This document shows, piece after piece, positions 11,122 to 22,239 of a stretch of 64,000 nucleotides of DNA. A program made the translations under genes and the position numbers. This DNA comes from Thalia democratica (taxonomy: Eukaryota): assembly GCA_965202585.1 (NCBI GenBank), contig OZ241827.1, positions 72,044,001 through 72,108,000 on the forward strand, in the 5' to 3' direction. A model generated the notes under the pieces. The model was not told the origin of the DNA and did not search any database. It saw only the letters and a list, made by a program, of their open reading frames with translations. Position 1 is the stretch's first letter. Each line of letters opens with the position of its first letter.

Positions 11122-11205
11122 TGTCCTGGATAAGACGTAAAAAGGTAACCGTGGTATGCGACTCGATAACAAAAAGATTCTTCGTTCACCAGGTCCTAGG
11201 ACCAA
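11122..11205 (+). repeat. Dispersed ~85-bp SINE-like structured repeat, copy 1 (more decayed)
   Basis: tgtcctggataagacgtaaaaaggtaaccgtggtatgcgactcgataacaaaaagattcttcgttcaccaggtcctagga aligns end to end with 17582-17665. Confidence 0.75.
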
Positions 11206-11476
11206 ATATATTAAGCATCTTCTTGTTGTTGTTCAATAAACAATCAAAGGTCTTAAGTTTAATATCAGCTGCATCAGTTTACATTTTAATTAACTCAGGT
11301 GTGGCCAATCTTTCTTTGCCGACCTTTAAGTAATTGATAAAATTTAAGTAATACAACAGTACAATAAAGCTTTATCTTGAATTTTTTTTTTCATTTTTAA
11401 TTACAAACGGTCGCTTCAGTACCCTGTACTTAAGTCCACTTGGTTAAGACCATAACAGCAGTTTCTCGCGACTATT

Positions 11477-11517
11477 CCAGCCTGATGAGTCCTAATTAAG
11501 ACGAAACCGGTCGTAGG
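11477..11517 (+). ncRNA. Minimal type I hammerhead ribozyme (Penelope/retrozyme-type)
   Basis: CCAGC-CUGAUGA-GUC(CUAAUUAA)GAC-GAA-AC(CG)GU-C-GUAGG. Intact core, 3-bp stem II, palindromic stem III (ACCGGU), GUC cleavage triplet, stem I with one A.A mismatch. Confidence 0.8.
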
Positions 11518-13531
11518 ATTATCTCGGATGCTGTTGTTGATCTTGCGGTGAAGTTCATTGTTTATTATCGATGGCATAAAACATCTCAACTTTGTTGATG
11601 ATGGCCGAAATAAACACTGGCTGAAACAAAATAAAAAATAAAAAATGCATAATCTTTTTACACTTAGTTGCAAATGGTTATAAATAGTTGTATGTAAGTT
11701 TTGCACTAAACAACTTTTTTCAAGTTAACTGCAATTAATCAGTTTTATTATAACAAGAATAGCTTATAACTGCTTTTGATTTTTAGGGTTGATAAATTAT
11801 ACTTAGGTAATAATTTAGTAATAGTGTAAACTGTTTTACTATAAAATAAGTATGAACTGTTTTTTAAGTAATAGTTTTGAACTTATCAAACGAGATTATT
11901 TGTTTTTTCCTATCACAGTTTACTAGGTTGTACTTTAGTTTATATCAGAAACTAAAGACATTGTCATTATTTATAACTATGTTAAATACTAAAATAAATT
12001 TACTTTTTGACCAATTTTAGTTGATGACAATTAAAAATACTAAATGATTGTTTAAAGAAAAGCTTAAAAATTAACGAATTGGTAAAATTTCTTATTCATT
12101 AAAAGCTAAGACAAACAAGATAAAAATATTGCTTTGAACAAACACAGAAATTTTACATTTAAACAGAACCACATATTTGTTTTAGATTTAGATTAGTTGT
12201 AACCAGACTTGATATAAGGCAATTTAATAATCCTGAATTTAAACGCCCGTCAGTAGGACTTAAAATTAGCTAAAATAATAATTTAAACTCTAATACCTGT
12301 ATTTTTTCAACGCTTTTCACGCTGCCTTTTATCTTATTTCTGCTCTGAAACTTTTCAAAAATAATGCAATAAATACAATTACAAAAGTAATTTACAAAAA
12401 GTCCAATTCACGTTACTAAACAAGAAAATAGCAACAATACTTCACTGATTGATACATCAGCTAGCAATTTATCCTTAAAAGCATTACAACAAACGACAAA
12501 ACTCAGCAAAACTAATATTTAATTATGTTCTTTTAAAATAAACACTATTTTCAGTAAAGTTTATTTTTTTAAGATGAAGTGGTGTTTTACATTAATTACG
12601 TGATAATATATTTATAAGATGTTTAGCTTATAAAATTTTTAAAAGTAAGGTTGTCAGAACTTTAGACATAATGAGCTCTAAATATTGAATAACATTTGTT
12701 TAAACTTTTAATTTCATGCTTGAATATATAAGAGGCATATTTCTAACAGAAAATGGGAAAATAAGCTTCAAAGTATTACTGCTTAAAACTCCTAAATCAA
12801 AATTTTTTTCTCTATTAGTTTATGTTTGTAGCATTTAATGCCTTATTTTATTGGAAGTGTTGTAAGAGTAAGTATCAAGATATTAAAGAATGCTTTAGTG
12901 TTCTGGTTTCCCAGTAAGTAAAGTAGGTGAAACTAGCTAGAATTAAAGTAATTATTTGAGTTTTTCTGTAGTTTTGTTTTTGAACCCTAAATTTTAAAAA
13001 AGTGTTAGTTGGTTAAACAGTTAGAATAGTATAAATAAACAAACAACAAACAAAGTAGTTTTATTCTACTTTTAGTAGTACTTTAATGTTAGCTGTAACA
13101 AAGTTTGGAATAAAAAATACTTTGAGTTTATAATAAAATTTGGAACTAATGAGAACCATTTTTATAAGAATTTTTCTACTTGTTTGCATACAGTTTTAAA
13201 CAGAAAGTGGTACTATAAGTAAGTAAATGAAGATTATGAGCTATTTTGAACTACAACCACACTTTTACAATAAACAAGTTTAATGCTTGTTATTAAAATT
13301 AAATTACAGAATAAATAAAAGTGAAATAAACTTTGAGTAGAGTTCTAGAACTTAACTTATTTGTTATTTGTTTGTTTGTTGTAAAGTTTTTTTATTACTG
13401 TATTTTACTTACATTGTACATTGTACAATCAAATTCAGAACTAACTAATGGAAAAAAAAGTCTGTTATAATGTTTAAAGTACATCCCTGTTAGTTTTATT
13501 TCTTGTGTAAAAATCTTGACAACATCTAAAG

Positions 13532-14853
13532 CAGGGGTTCCCAACCAGGGGTGCTCGCACCCCTTGGGGGTGCGAGGCAGCATTCCAGGGGTTGCGAGAT
13601 AGCTTTTTTTTTTGTATGATACATAAGGAGATTTTCACTCTCTGATAAAGTTTAAAAAGTTAAAAAGTTCATTTTGTTATAAAAATAAGTTGGTGCTAAT
13701 TTTCTGAATAAATCAATTTTATTAATACGTCATAGAGCAAGAGCGCTTTTCTAGAAGTAAATTCATTTTACTAGAATTATTTGATAGCTGTTAGTTTAGA
13801 ATTAACATTTCAATAAGGCTTTCTTAGAGTTTTAAACCTGTGAATTTTAATCATCTGTTCTTTAAATGTTTTATTTTCTTAACTGAACATTAATTGTTTA
13901 AAACAGTTTATGAGCTAGCATCTATTTTAATTAAAATACTTGGATAAAAATTAGTATCTTCAGCAGGCTTTTTATTAGCTGTTAAGAACAGGTTCTGTTA
14001 AGTCTATTACATTTATAATGTAATCTTTTATTAAGCTTAGTTGTGCAGAAAGTGGTGCTTAAAGATTTAACATCAGTGAATTGTAAAGTTCACAGCAATT
14101 CCTGTATGTTATAACATTTAAGAAAACTTGTTTTTAGCTTCAATGAAACCAATTTTTATAGATCAGCAAAAGTATTCAATGCATCAACTTTATTTCTATT
14201 CATTCCTTTTTAGAACTTAAACTGTTTACCTTTTTCAATCTACATTTTTCTATTTATGTTGTAAGCATACAAACTTTTCTTGTATTTGCTTTTATACATA
14301 TCTTTGTACAATTTAAGACTAAATATATTTTAACTTTTAAAAATCTTAACTCAAATCTTTATTATTTTGAAACCTCTTAGCTGCTAATAGTTTTGAAAAT
14401 AAAACATTACATAAGCTTAACTTAGAATAGCTGATTTTTATTTTTTAAGTACATATATATATTCATAACAAAATGTATAAAAAATTTAGTTTTAAGTTTA
14501 AGCCTAATATTTATTACTTTTCTAGTGCTTTTTCCTCACTTCTAATATTTTTTTAAATCTTAGAAATCGTTTATCATAGCAGAAGGAAGAGTGAGTTCTG
14601 ATGTTTTCTACCTTATAAAAAATAGATAAAACTTGTTCGTATATAGTTTGTTATGTTTTTAAATTTCCAAGTATCTTATTTTTGTTAATATAGTACACTA
14701 TCATAAAAATTAAAATACAAATTATTAATTAATGAAATCAATGATTTTATAATCGAATTATTAATAAATAATTATAGCATATGGTGTTAGGGGTGCGAGA
14801 TCAAATTAAGAGACTTTAGGGGTGCGGGGCATCAAAAAGGTTGGGAACCACTG
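13532..14853. mobile_element. Non-autonomous hAT (Charlie-like) DNA transposon
   Basis: TIRs CAGGGGTTCCCAACC / GGTTGGGAACCACTG (14/15). Perfect 8-bp TSD ATCTAAAG at 13524-13531 and 14854-14861. Subterminal GGGGTGCG motifs. Confidence 0.92.
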
Positions 14854-15256
14854 ATCTAAAGTCTTATCTAAAGTATGATGTTCTTTTTTTTTCGTGTTTG
14901 ATTTGTTCTTTATATAATTATAACCACTAAAAGTCATGCTTAGTTTTTATAAGTAGTATAAAATGGGTACCTTCAAGTATCATTTACTTTTAAGTTAAGT
15001 TTAAATTTAATTATGATTGTTAGAGTGCTAGTACCATTATGACCTTACAAAATGATATTTTTATGATAATGTTTGTATTAATTACAACTTCAAAATGAAA
15101 CTTTACGGCCAATCATAATCAACAAATTTAAAATCACTTATAATTAATTATAAAACTGCATTGTCATGATGCAATTAAAAGAAAAAACAAATTCATTATT
15201 TTAATAAACTGGCTTGGAGTCACTTCAGTGTTGTCAGTTCTTAAGGTGTGTACTTC

Positions 15257-15415
15257 GGCTTGGAGTAGTGAAACCAGTTCACTTACAGCTAACTTAAATT
15301 TGTTGCTTATTAGAACATAAATTCTGTATTTGGGCTTGGAGTAGTGAAATCAGTTCACTTACAGCTAGTTTGATTTTAATTTGTTGCTTGTTTGAACAAC
15401 AAATTCTGTATTTGG
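15257..15415. repeat. 76-bp tandem duplication
   Basis: ggcttggagtagtgaaa[ct]cagttcacttacagct...aaattctgtatttgg present at 15257 and 15333. Confidence 0.8.
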
Positions 15416-15638
15416 ATTTTAAAAGTTAAATTGAAACTCAGCAGTTAGTTTTTCAGTTCAAAATAAAATAACACTTTTAACTGCTGATTAATACAATTTA
15501 ATAAGGGCTGATACTAATTTAAACTATTAACTGCTAGGTTGTTATATCGACTAACTTTTATTGAGAAATAGTTCCTATTAAATCTAAATAAGTATTATTT
15601 TTCTAAGTAGTCAGTTTTATTTCAAGAAAACTACAATA

Positions 15639-16408
15639 CAGTAACCTCTCGCTTATTTACGCACATTGTGTCCACAGAAAAAGTGCGTAAAGATATGAAA
15701 GATCGTAAAGAAACGAGAGGTACCAAGTATACTCACTATAATGGCTGTTTTTTAATATTACCTCTAATTAAAAGCAGACTGGGCACTTTCCCACTTTTAA
15801 CTATTTGTTTACTTAATTTATAATCATGAAAACAACAGATAAAACTATACATATATTAAAAAAAGGATTTGAATTTCTATAAATAATAATACGACTAGAA
15901 ATAGTTTTACTACTTAATAATAATTAGAAATTATCGTTATCTTTATTTATATGTGACATTTATATTCTTTTCTACTTAGCAAATTCAATTTATAATTAAT
16001 CTTTACAATTATAAAATGGTGTTTATTAATATATAGGGCAAGACTGCTGTATTATTTCTTTGTGTTTTAAACTCTCATTATTTTATCATACTTTTATTAT
16101 TAAACACAGTCATGTTTATTTCAGAATTTTGATTTAATTTCTTATTGTTAACAAAATTTCTGATATACTGAGGTATAACTAAATGTTTATCAATTAGTCA
16201 AGGAACATAAATTTACAAAGTCTAAAGATATAGAGAGGTGTATTAGCATTCAAAAACATATTTTAATTCAAAAATATACATTAAACCTAGTTTGTGCAAT
16301 ATTTAAAAAAAAGAAAGTTTTTATTTTCTGAATTTTATAGAATTCTGAAATGCGTAACTAACAAGAGTGCGTAACGTCACGAGTGCGTAAAGATCCGAGA
16401 GGTTACTG
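15639..16408. mobile_element. Tc1/mariner-pogo (Tigger-like) MITE
   Basis: Perfect 13-bp TIRs CAGTAACCTCTCG / CGAGAGGTTACTG, TA on both sides, repeated subterminal gtgcgtaa motifs. Confidence 0.9.
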
Positions 16409-16955
16409 TAGTTTAAAAATTTTCTCATATTGTGTTTAGTTTACATACGTTTAGAAACTTTTACGATGTTAATTTATCAAAAAAGCAAAAATTAAAAGTA
16501 ATAACTTAAAATCTTAAGTTATGGTTACTTTTAAGTTAACTATTAGTTAAGTTACTAATTCTAATTAAGTAAAAAATTATCAAAGAAGACAATACGTTTT
16601 ACTATTAAAACTTCGAAACAAATCAATATAGTTCTTACAAGTGTAGATTTTTAAAATAAATAACAACTAGAGAATCTTCTAAAATTTAAATTATAAACAA
16701 AGTTGGAAACATTAAGCACGTACAAAGGCCTATTAAAAGTCTCAATTTTTTTAACAGGTTTGAACTGCAAGAATTTAGATCTAATAATTGAAAAACTTTT
16801 CTCAGCCAAGTTTTTATAAAATGCGTCCAGTGGTCCTTTAAAATTGCGACTGCTGGACTTATTTGAGGATGAACTCCGGAAAGAAACTCAAAACTTGGCA
16901 AACATTCAGAGAAACAAGACTTAATATCAGGGATGAATTACCAATGCATTACAAT

Positions 16956-17165
16956 GGTATACTATCAAAATCCACCCGCGTTCAACATCCACCCGATTTT
17001 TTTAAAATTTCTTTACTTATTAATTTATATATTTTTTGCATTATTTTAATTTATTTTTCACTATCGCTGTTACTCCTAACCCTCGATCAGTAAGCGGTTC
17101 TCGAATTTGACTGATTCGATTTTGAACGGGTGGATTTTGATCGCTGGTGGATTTTGAACGTGTCC
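16956..17165. mobile_element. 210-bp Mutator-type (MULE) MITE
   Basis: Imperfect ~40-bp TIRs (GG...aaaatccacc repeats / ggtggatttt...CC). Perfect 9-bp TSD CATTACAAT at 16947-16955 and 17166-17174. Confidence 0.85.
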
Positions 17166-17581
17166 CATTACAATATTGTAAACAATATGTAAATATCTTT
17201 TAATAGTAAAATAAGTTATGTGAAAATAATTTAATTTTTCTCAGTTTAATTTTAATAAACTAATGTTTATTCATCTTCAAAAAAATTATCTTTGTAAATG
17301 GAAGTTAGGCACTATTTTTTTTTATAAATCATCAACTAACAACACTTTGAATTGTTCTATGAAAAATCAAACAGTTCTATGCAATACATCTGCATCTTTG
17401 CAATAACAAGTAGTAGGTTTAAGACTAGTTATAAGTGCAATTTCTAGAGTAAGGTAATGTTGACGACTGATAGAACTAGTATATCAAAATTATTAGAAAA
17501 AAATAAGTTTTAAATGTTCAAAGAAGTAGAGTAATGTTCCTAATGTTTAACATGATAGTCCATTTAACATAATTTTTAACT

Positions 17582-17665
17582 TGTCCCGGACAAGACGTTA
17601 AAAGTTACCTGTGGTGTGCGACCCGATAACCGAAAGGTTCTTCGTGCAACAGGTCCTAGGACAAA
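17582..17665 (+). repeat. Dispersed ~85-bp SINE-like structured repeat, copy 2
   Basis: Homologous to 11122-11205. Folds as ACCUGU/ACAGGU, UGUGCGA/UCGUGCA and AACC-GAAA-GGUU nested stems. Confidence 0.75.
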
Positions 17666-17693
17666 GTATTTTAAGGGGTAGGTGTCAGAAAAG

Positions 17694-18150
17694 CACAGCG
17701 TCACTTTAGCACGGGGTGACACTTTAGCACGGTGTGACACTTTAGAACGGGGTGACACTTTAGCACGGTGTGACACTTAAGCACGGGGTGACACTTTAGC
17801 ACGGTGTGACACTTTAGCACGGTGTGACACTTTAGCACGGTGTGACACTTTAGCACGGCGTCACTTTAGCACGGAGTGGCACTTTAGCACGGAGTGACAC
17901 TTTAGCACGGCGTCACTTTAGCACGGAGTGTCACTTTAGCACGGGATGACACTTTAGCACGGCGTCACTTTAGCACGGAGTGTCACTTTAGCACGGGATG
18001 ACACTTTAGCACGGCGTCTCTTTAGCACGCGGTGACACTTTAGCACGGCGTCACTTTAGCACGGAGTGTCACTTTAGCACGGTTGACACTTTAGCACGGA
18101 GTGTCACTTTAGCACGGTTTCACTTTAGCACGGGGTGATACTTTAACACG
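17694..18150 (+). repeat. 16/18-bp minisatellite (core ACTTTAGCAC), left TIR array, roughly 25 units
   Basis: Units actttagcacggtgtgac / actttagcacggcgtc / actttagcacggagtgtc read directly. Confidence 0.95.
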
Positions 18151-18797
18151 GAGTGTAACTTTATCACTGATTGATTCTTTTGCACAAAATGATTCTTAAG
18201 CACGTAGTGACACTTAAGCGCCATCGATAGTTTTAAGTAACTTAATCAAATACGTGTAAAGTTTGTATTTAATAAAACGTTTAAAAATTAATTTATATAA
18301 CCAGCATGCTGTTAATTATGCAATTTAGGCACTTTGAAGTGTGATTTCAAGAAAGAGTGTGTCTTCCAAAATTATTTTTAATAAAAATATTATTTAAGTA
18401 AGATGTAAATTGTAAGACAAAGTTTGGCAGTCTTTTCGAGCTATATTTAGAACAATCATTTGTAGGTAGCAAAACGTTAGAAAACATCTTTAGTGGCCTG
18501 TATTTTTTAAGAAAAACTATACTTAATAACAAAAATAAGTACTGAAAAACAAGAAGTTAGTAAATCAAATGGTAACTAGTTTTAAAAATCCTTAATTATA
18601 TAAATGTACTTATACTGTATTCTTTTTTACTTCTGTTAATAATATAGTAATACTTTACTTACATTTTATTTAATTACTTTGCTCAGCTGACATGTTTAAA
18701 ATAACTTTATTTATGTAAAATAATAATAAAAAATTTATGCATAGCACTAAATTTTATTATAAAAACGAACACAAACGAAATTTACAAATATATACAT

Positions 18798-19148
18798 TTA
18801 ATCTATATCAAAATTGTATTGAATACCGCGTAGGTATTCAAGTATATTAGTATTTTCATTAAAACTTGACACCAGATAAAACAGACGCTCATCTGCTTGT
18901 CTGAACCTTATTCTTTTGGGATCTGGTTTTATCCCTGCCAGAAGGTGTTCTAGTCCCATATCCCGAGAAATCTGAGTCGTTTTCAGAATATTTATAAAAC
19001 TCCACAGATTTGGATGGTTTCCATTTAATACTGCGTACAAAGCTCGATGCGCTGCTTCAGCAATATTGTTCGTTCGATCACTTTTTGTAAGTACTTGTTC
19101 GTACTGACTCCACAAAGGAATTGGAAACAATGGCTCACCTCTAGCACC
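18798..19148 (-). pseudogene. MULE transposase C-terminal exon remnant
   Basis: ARGEPLFPIPLWSQY...RTNNIAEAAHRAL...HPNLWSFINILK...DERL...LEYLRGIQYN matches the FPxxLW...RTNNxxExxH...HPNIW...YLRGI pattern of animal MULE transposases. Confidence 0.85.
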
Positions 19149-20694
19149 TTTAAGTTTAATTTTTTTTAACCTTACTTTAACCTTTAACCTTACTAAGCTG
19201 ACTTTTAAACTTGGTTATCTTTTAACTTGGTTTACTTTAAAAGTACAAAAACTCATAATCTAAATAAAATAAAAACTCTATATCTAAAGGATATTGACTG
19301 GTATAAGCTAAAACTTTTAATTATATGAAAATACAAAATAATAAACACTTTATCAAAATACAAGCTCTACGTCTAAAAGATATTGACTGGTATAAGTTAA
19401 AGCCTATACTAAAATAAAATTTTGTTTTGTAAAAACAATAAAAATCATGCACTTTTTGGAAATAAAGCTGTTAGTCCAAAAGGTATTGATACTAATTTAA
19501 ACAAATTGAAATCCGTACTAAAATGAACTTTACTTACATTGCAGCTCTTTTCAATGACTTTTCTTTTGGTAATGAGCCTTTGATTGATAGTGGAATTCCA
19601 TTTATTGCCGAACTTACAAGTCCTTTTGGACTTGCACTAGGAACTAGTACTAAAGTTTAAAATAACATTTACGTAACAAACAAAACATACATTTTTAAAC
19701 CTATACTAGCTTGTTCAAAACATAAACAAACAAAACATAAACTCTTTTACACTTTCTTTAAACACAAGAACTTGTATTGTTACTTTTACTTTCACAGCTT
19801 AAACGTATAAGTAAACTATGTGTTTAAATAAAAGAAACATTTATTTTGAACTAATCACTAATACTTATAATAATGTTAATGTTGAACTGCTAACTTCATG
19901 AACTAAGTGTTAAAATTAATCCTATAATAAACAAGCCTTATACTTTCTATTATGTTCAAAACATTTTGAATTTTTTAACTATATAGACTAAAAACGAAAA
20001 AAGCTAAATCAAATATAAGGATATGAGAAACACAATGTCTAAATCTATAGTATTATTAACAAAATGGTTTACAACTAATTATAACTTATTTAATAAAAAA
20101 ATTGCAGAATACTAACATGCTTTAGTTTTTAATTTGTTCTTTAACACTTGAGGCGGTGGAACTCATTCAAACTATAAAATAAACACACCAAGGATGAACT
20201 TTTAAAACATTATGCTAAAACTTAAATGTTTTTAAACTTTGTGTGTGCTCAAAATAATATAAATAAAAACATTTTTAAACTTAAAATTTAAAAAAACTGA
20301 CACTTACCAAAATATGTTAATGCTATAAATAATGCATTAAATTTCGTTGAAATCTTAGATTAATCTAAAGTTTATTTAGTTTTAATAACTCTTTACGTCT
20401 GTGATGTAACTTAAGCAAGAAAATAAATTGTACAAAAGAACTAAAATTGAAACATTTAACATAATAATTTAAGTGGTTTCTTATTTTATTTTTCAAGTCC
20501 ACAGTCAGACTTGTCAAAGTTTCTTTATTATATTTTACCTTTAAATGACTTTTAAATAGTTATTAGTGTAGAAAGTAGAATGATCAAATTAAGTTTGTTT
20601 ACTTATATTTATGTTGTTAAATTTTTTAGACCTTACATTTAAATTATGTTCAAATTTTTTTTTGATAAAAAGCTTAAAATAAATAAATACTGCA

Positions 20695-21005
20695 ACGGCT
20701 TTGCGTCGATTAGCGGGGAAAATTACTTTTCTTTTTATTGGGTTCATTTTATTGTACTGTTTTGGCAGTAACTTGTTGCCGTTGTTATGAGCTCATTTTG
20801 GCTGTGCTTTTGCACAGTTAAGCCATTATTATCTTGCTCAGTTGTTTAAGAATTTAGTTTAAACGAAAATTTTGTGTTCTGTTTCTTTGATTCGGTATTT
20901 CGATTAGTTGGCATTCATGTTCTTTGGTTTTTTATCATCTTTATGTTTCGCAGTTTATTAATTGTAAATACACCATTTCCTTGACTCGATTTTATTACAA
21001 CTAGT
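20695..21005 (-). pseudogene. Frameshifted MULE N-terminal region (FLYWCH-adjacent) remnant
   Basis: Minus translation GNGVFTINKLRNIKMIKTKEHECQL...FRLN*ILKQ...LPKQYNK...KRKVIFPANRRK fits the xxHxH...FRxxLK...LP...KR order upstream of the DDE domain. Confidence 0.45.
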
Positions 21006-21799
21006 CTAAATTTAAATAGTTAACTGTTTTTTAAATCCTTTTTAATAAACAATAGTTCGTTTAGCACCTATAAAATATTAAGTTAATAGTAAAAGTTTAA
21101 TTCGGATTTACTACATCGACTTTATTAACATGTCAACTTAATTTAAAAGTAACTTAAGAAACTATCTACGACCTATCTTATAATAACGTGTTAAGTCAGT
21201 TAAACGCTAAACCCGCATGTATAAAAGTAACAATATCGGCAGATGGTAAAATGCAAACATGAGTACAAACACTTTTGAAACAATCGGCTTAAAATAATCA
21301 AATAAAAATTTTACTGATCAAACTACAAATTGTACTATTTCTTAAAATTTAAAACAATAGAAAACCTAAATAGACAGAGAAAGTTGTAAAATAGTTTTAT
21401 TTACTCTTGTTGCAGTCTATATATAAATTTTACACATTTATACTTTTATTTAACGTATTTACTAATATACTAGTATTTATTAGTTGCTAGATACTTTTGT
21501 TGCTAGGTTTAAACAAGTAGTTTTACGTTTAAAATAGTAAAATAGATAGTAAATATTTAAATACGTTAGTTAAAATATCTTAATAAAATGATTTGATAGA
21601 ATTCTTAAAATTATTTTTGTATTGTTATTATTAAGTTGAGGTTTGCCATAGAGTAACTAGTGTAATTCTATATTAAATACAAAGTTTTAGTTGAAGCTTT
21701 AACTTGAAAGATATTAAAAGCTTGTAGTATTATGTTGCATAGTTTATTTTTATATTTTTCAACATAACATATAAGCATAAACAAATGTGTCATTCCATG

Positions 21800-22216
21800 C
21801 TAAAATGATGCCGTGCGAAAGTGTTACTCCGTGCTAAAGTGACGCCGTGCTAAAGTGTCATCCCGTGCTAAAGTGTCACCCCGTGCTTAAGTGACGCCGT
21901 GCTAAAGTGTCACCCCGTGCTAAAGTGACGCCGTGCTAAAGTGTCACCCCGTGCTAAAGTGTCACACCGTGCTAAAGTGTCACCGTGCTAAAGTGTCACC
22001 CCGTGCTAAAGTGACACTCCGTGCTTAAGTGACGCCGTGCTAAAGTGTCACCCCGTGCTGAAGTGCCACACCGTGCTAAAGTGTCACACCGTGCTAAAGT
22101 GTCACACCGTGCTAAAGTGTCACACCGTGCTAAAGTGTCACCCCGTGCTAAAGTGTCACACCGTGCTAAAGTGTCACACCGTGCTAAAGTGTCACACCGT
22201 GCTAAAGTGTCACCCG
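21800..22216 (-). repeat. 16/18-bp minisatellite (GTGCTAAAGT), right TIR array, inverse of 17694-18150
   Basis: ccgtgctaaagtgtcaca units read directly; reverse complement of the left array. Confidence 0.95.
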
Positions 22217-22239
22217 TGCTTTTCTGACCCGTTCCCAAA

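Larger units (their letters stand above)
17675..22236 (-). mobile_element. Foldback-type MULE: long TIRs made of minisatellite arrays around a decayed transposase
   Basis: Left end ggggtaggtgtcagaaaagcac followed by an (actttagcac...)n array; right end has the inverse array followed by gtgcttttctgacccgttccc. MULE transposase remnants lie inside on the - strand. No TSD could be matched. Confidence 0.8.
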
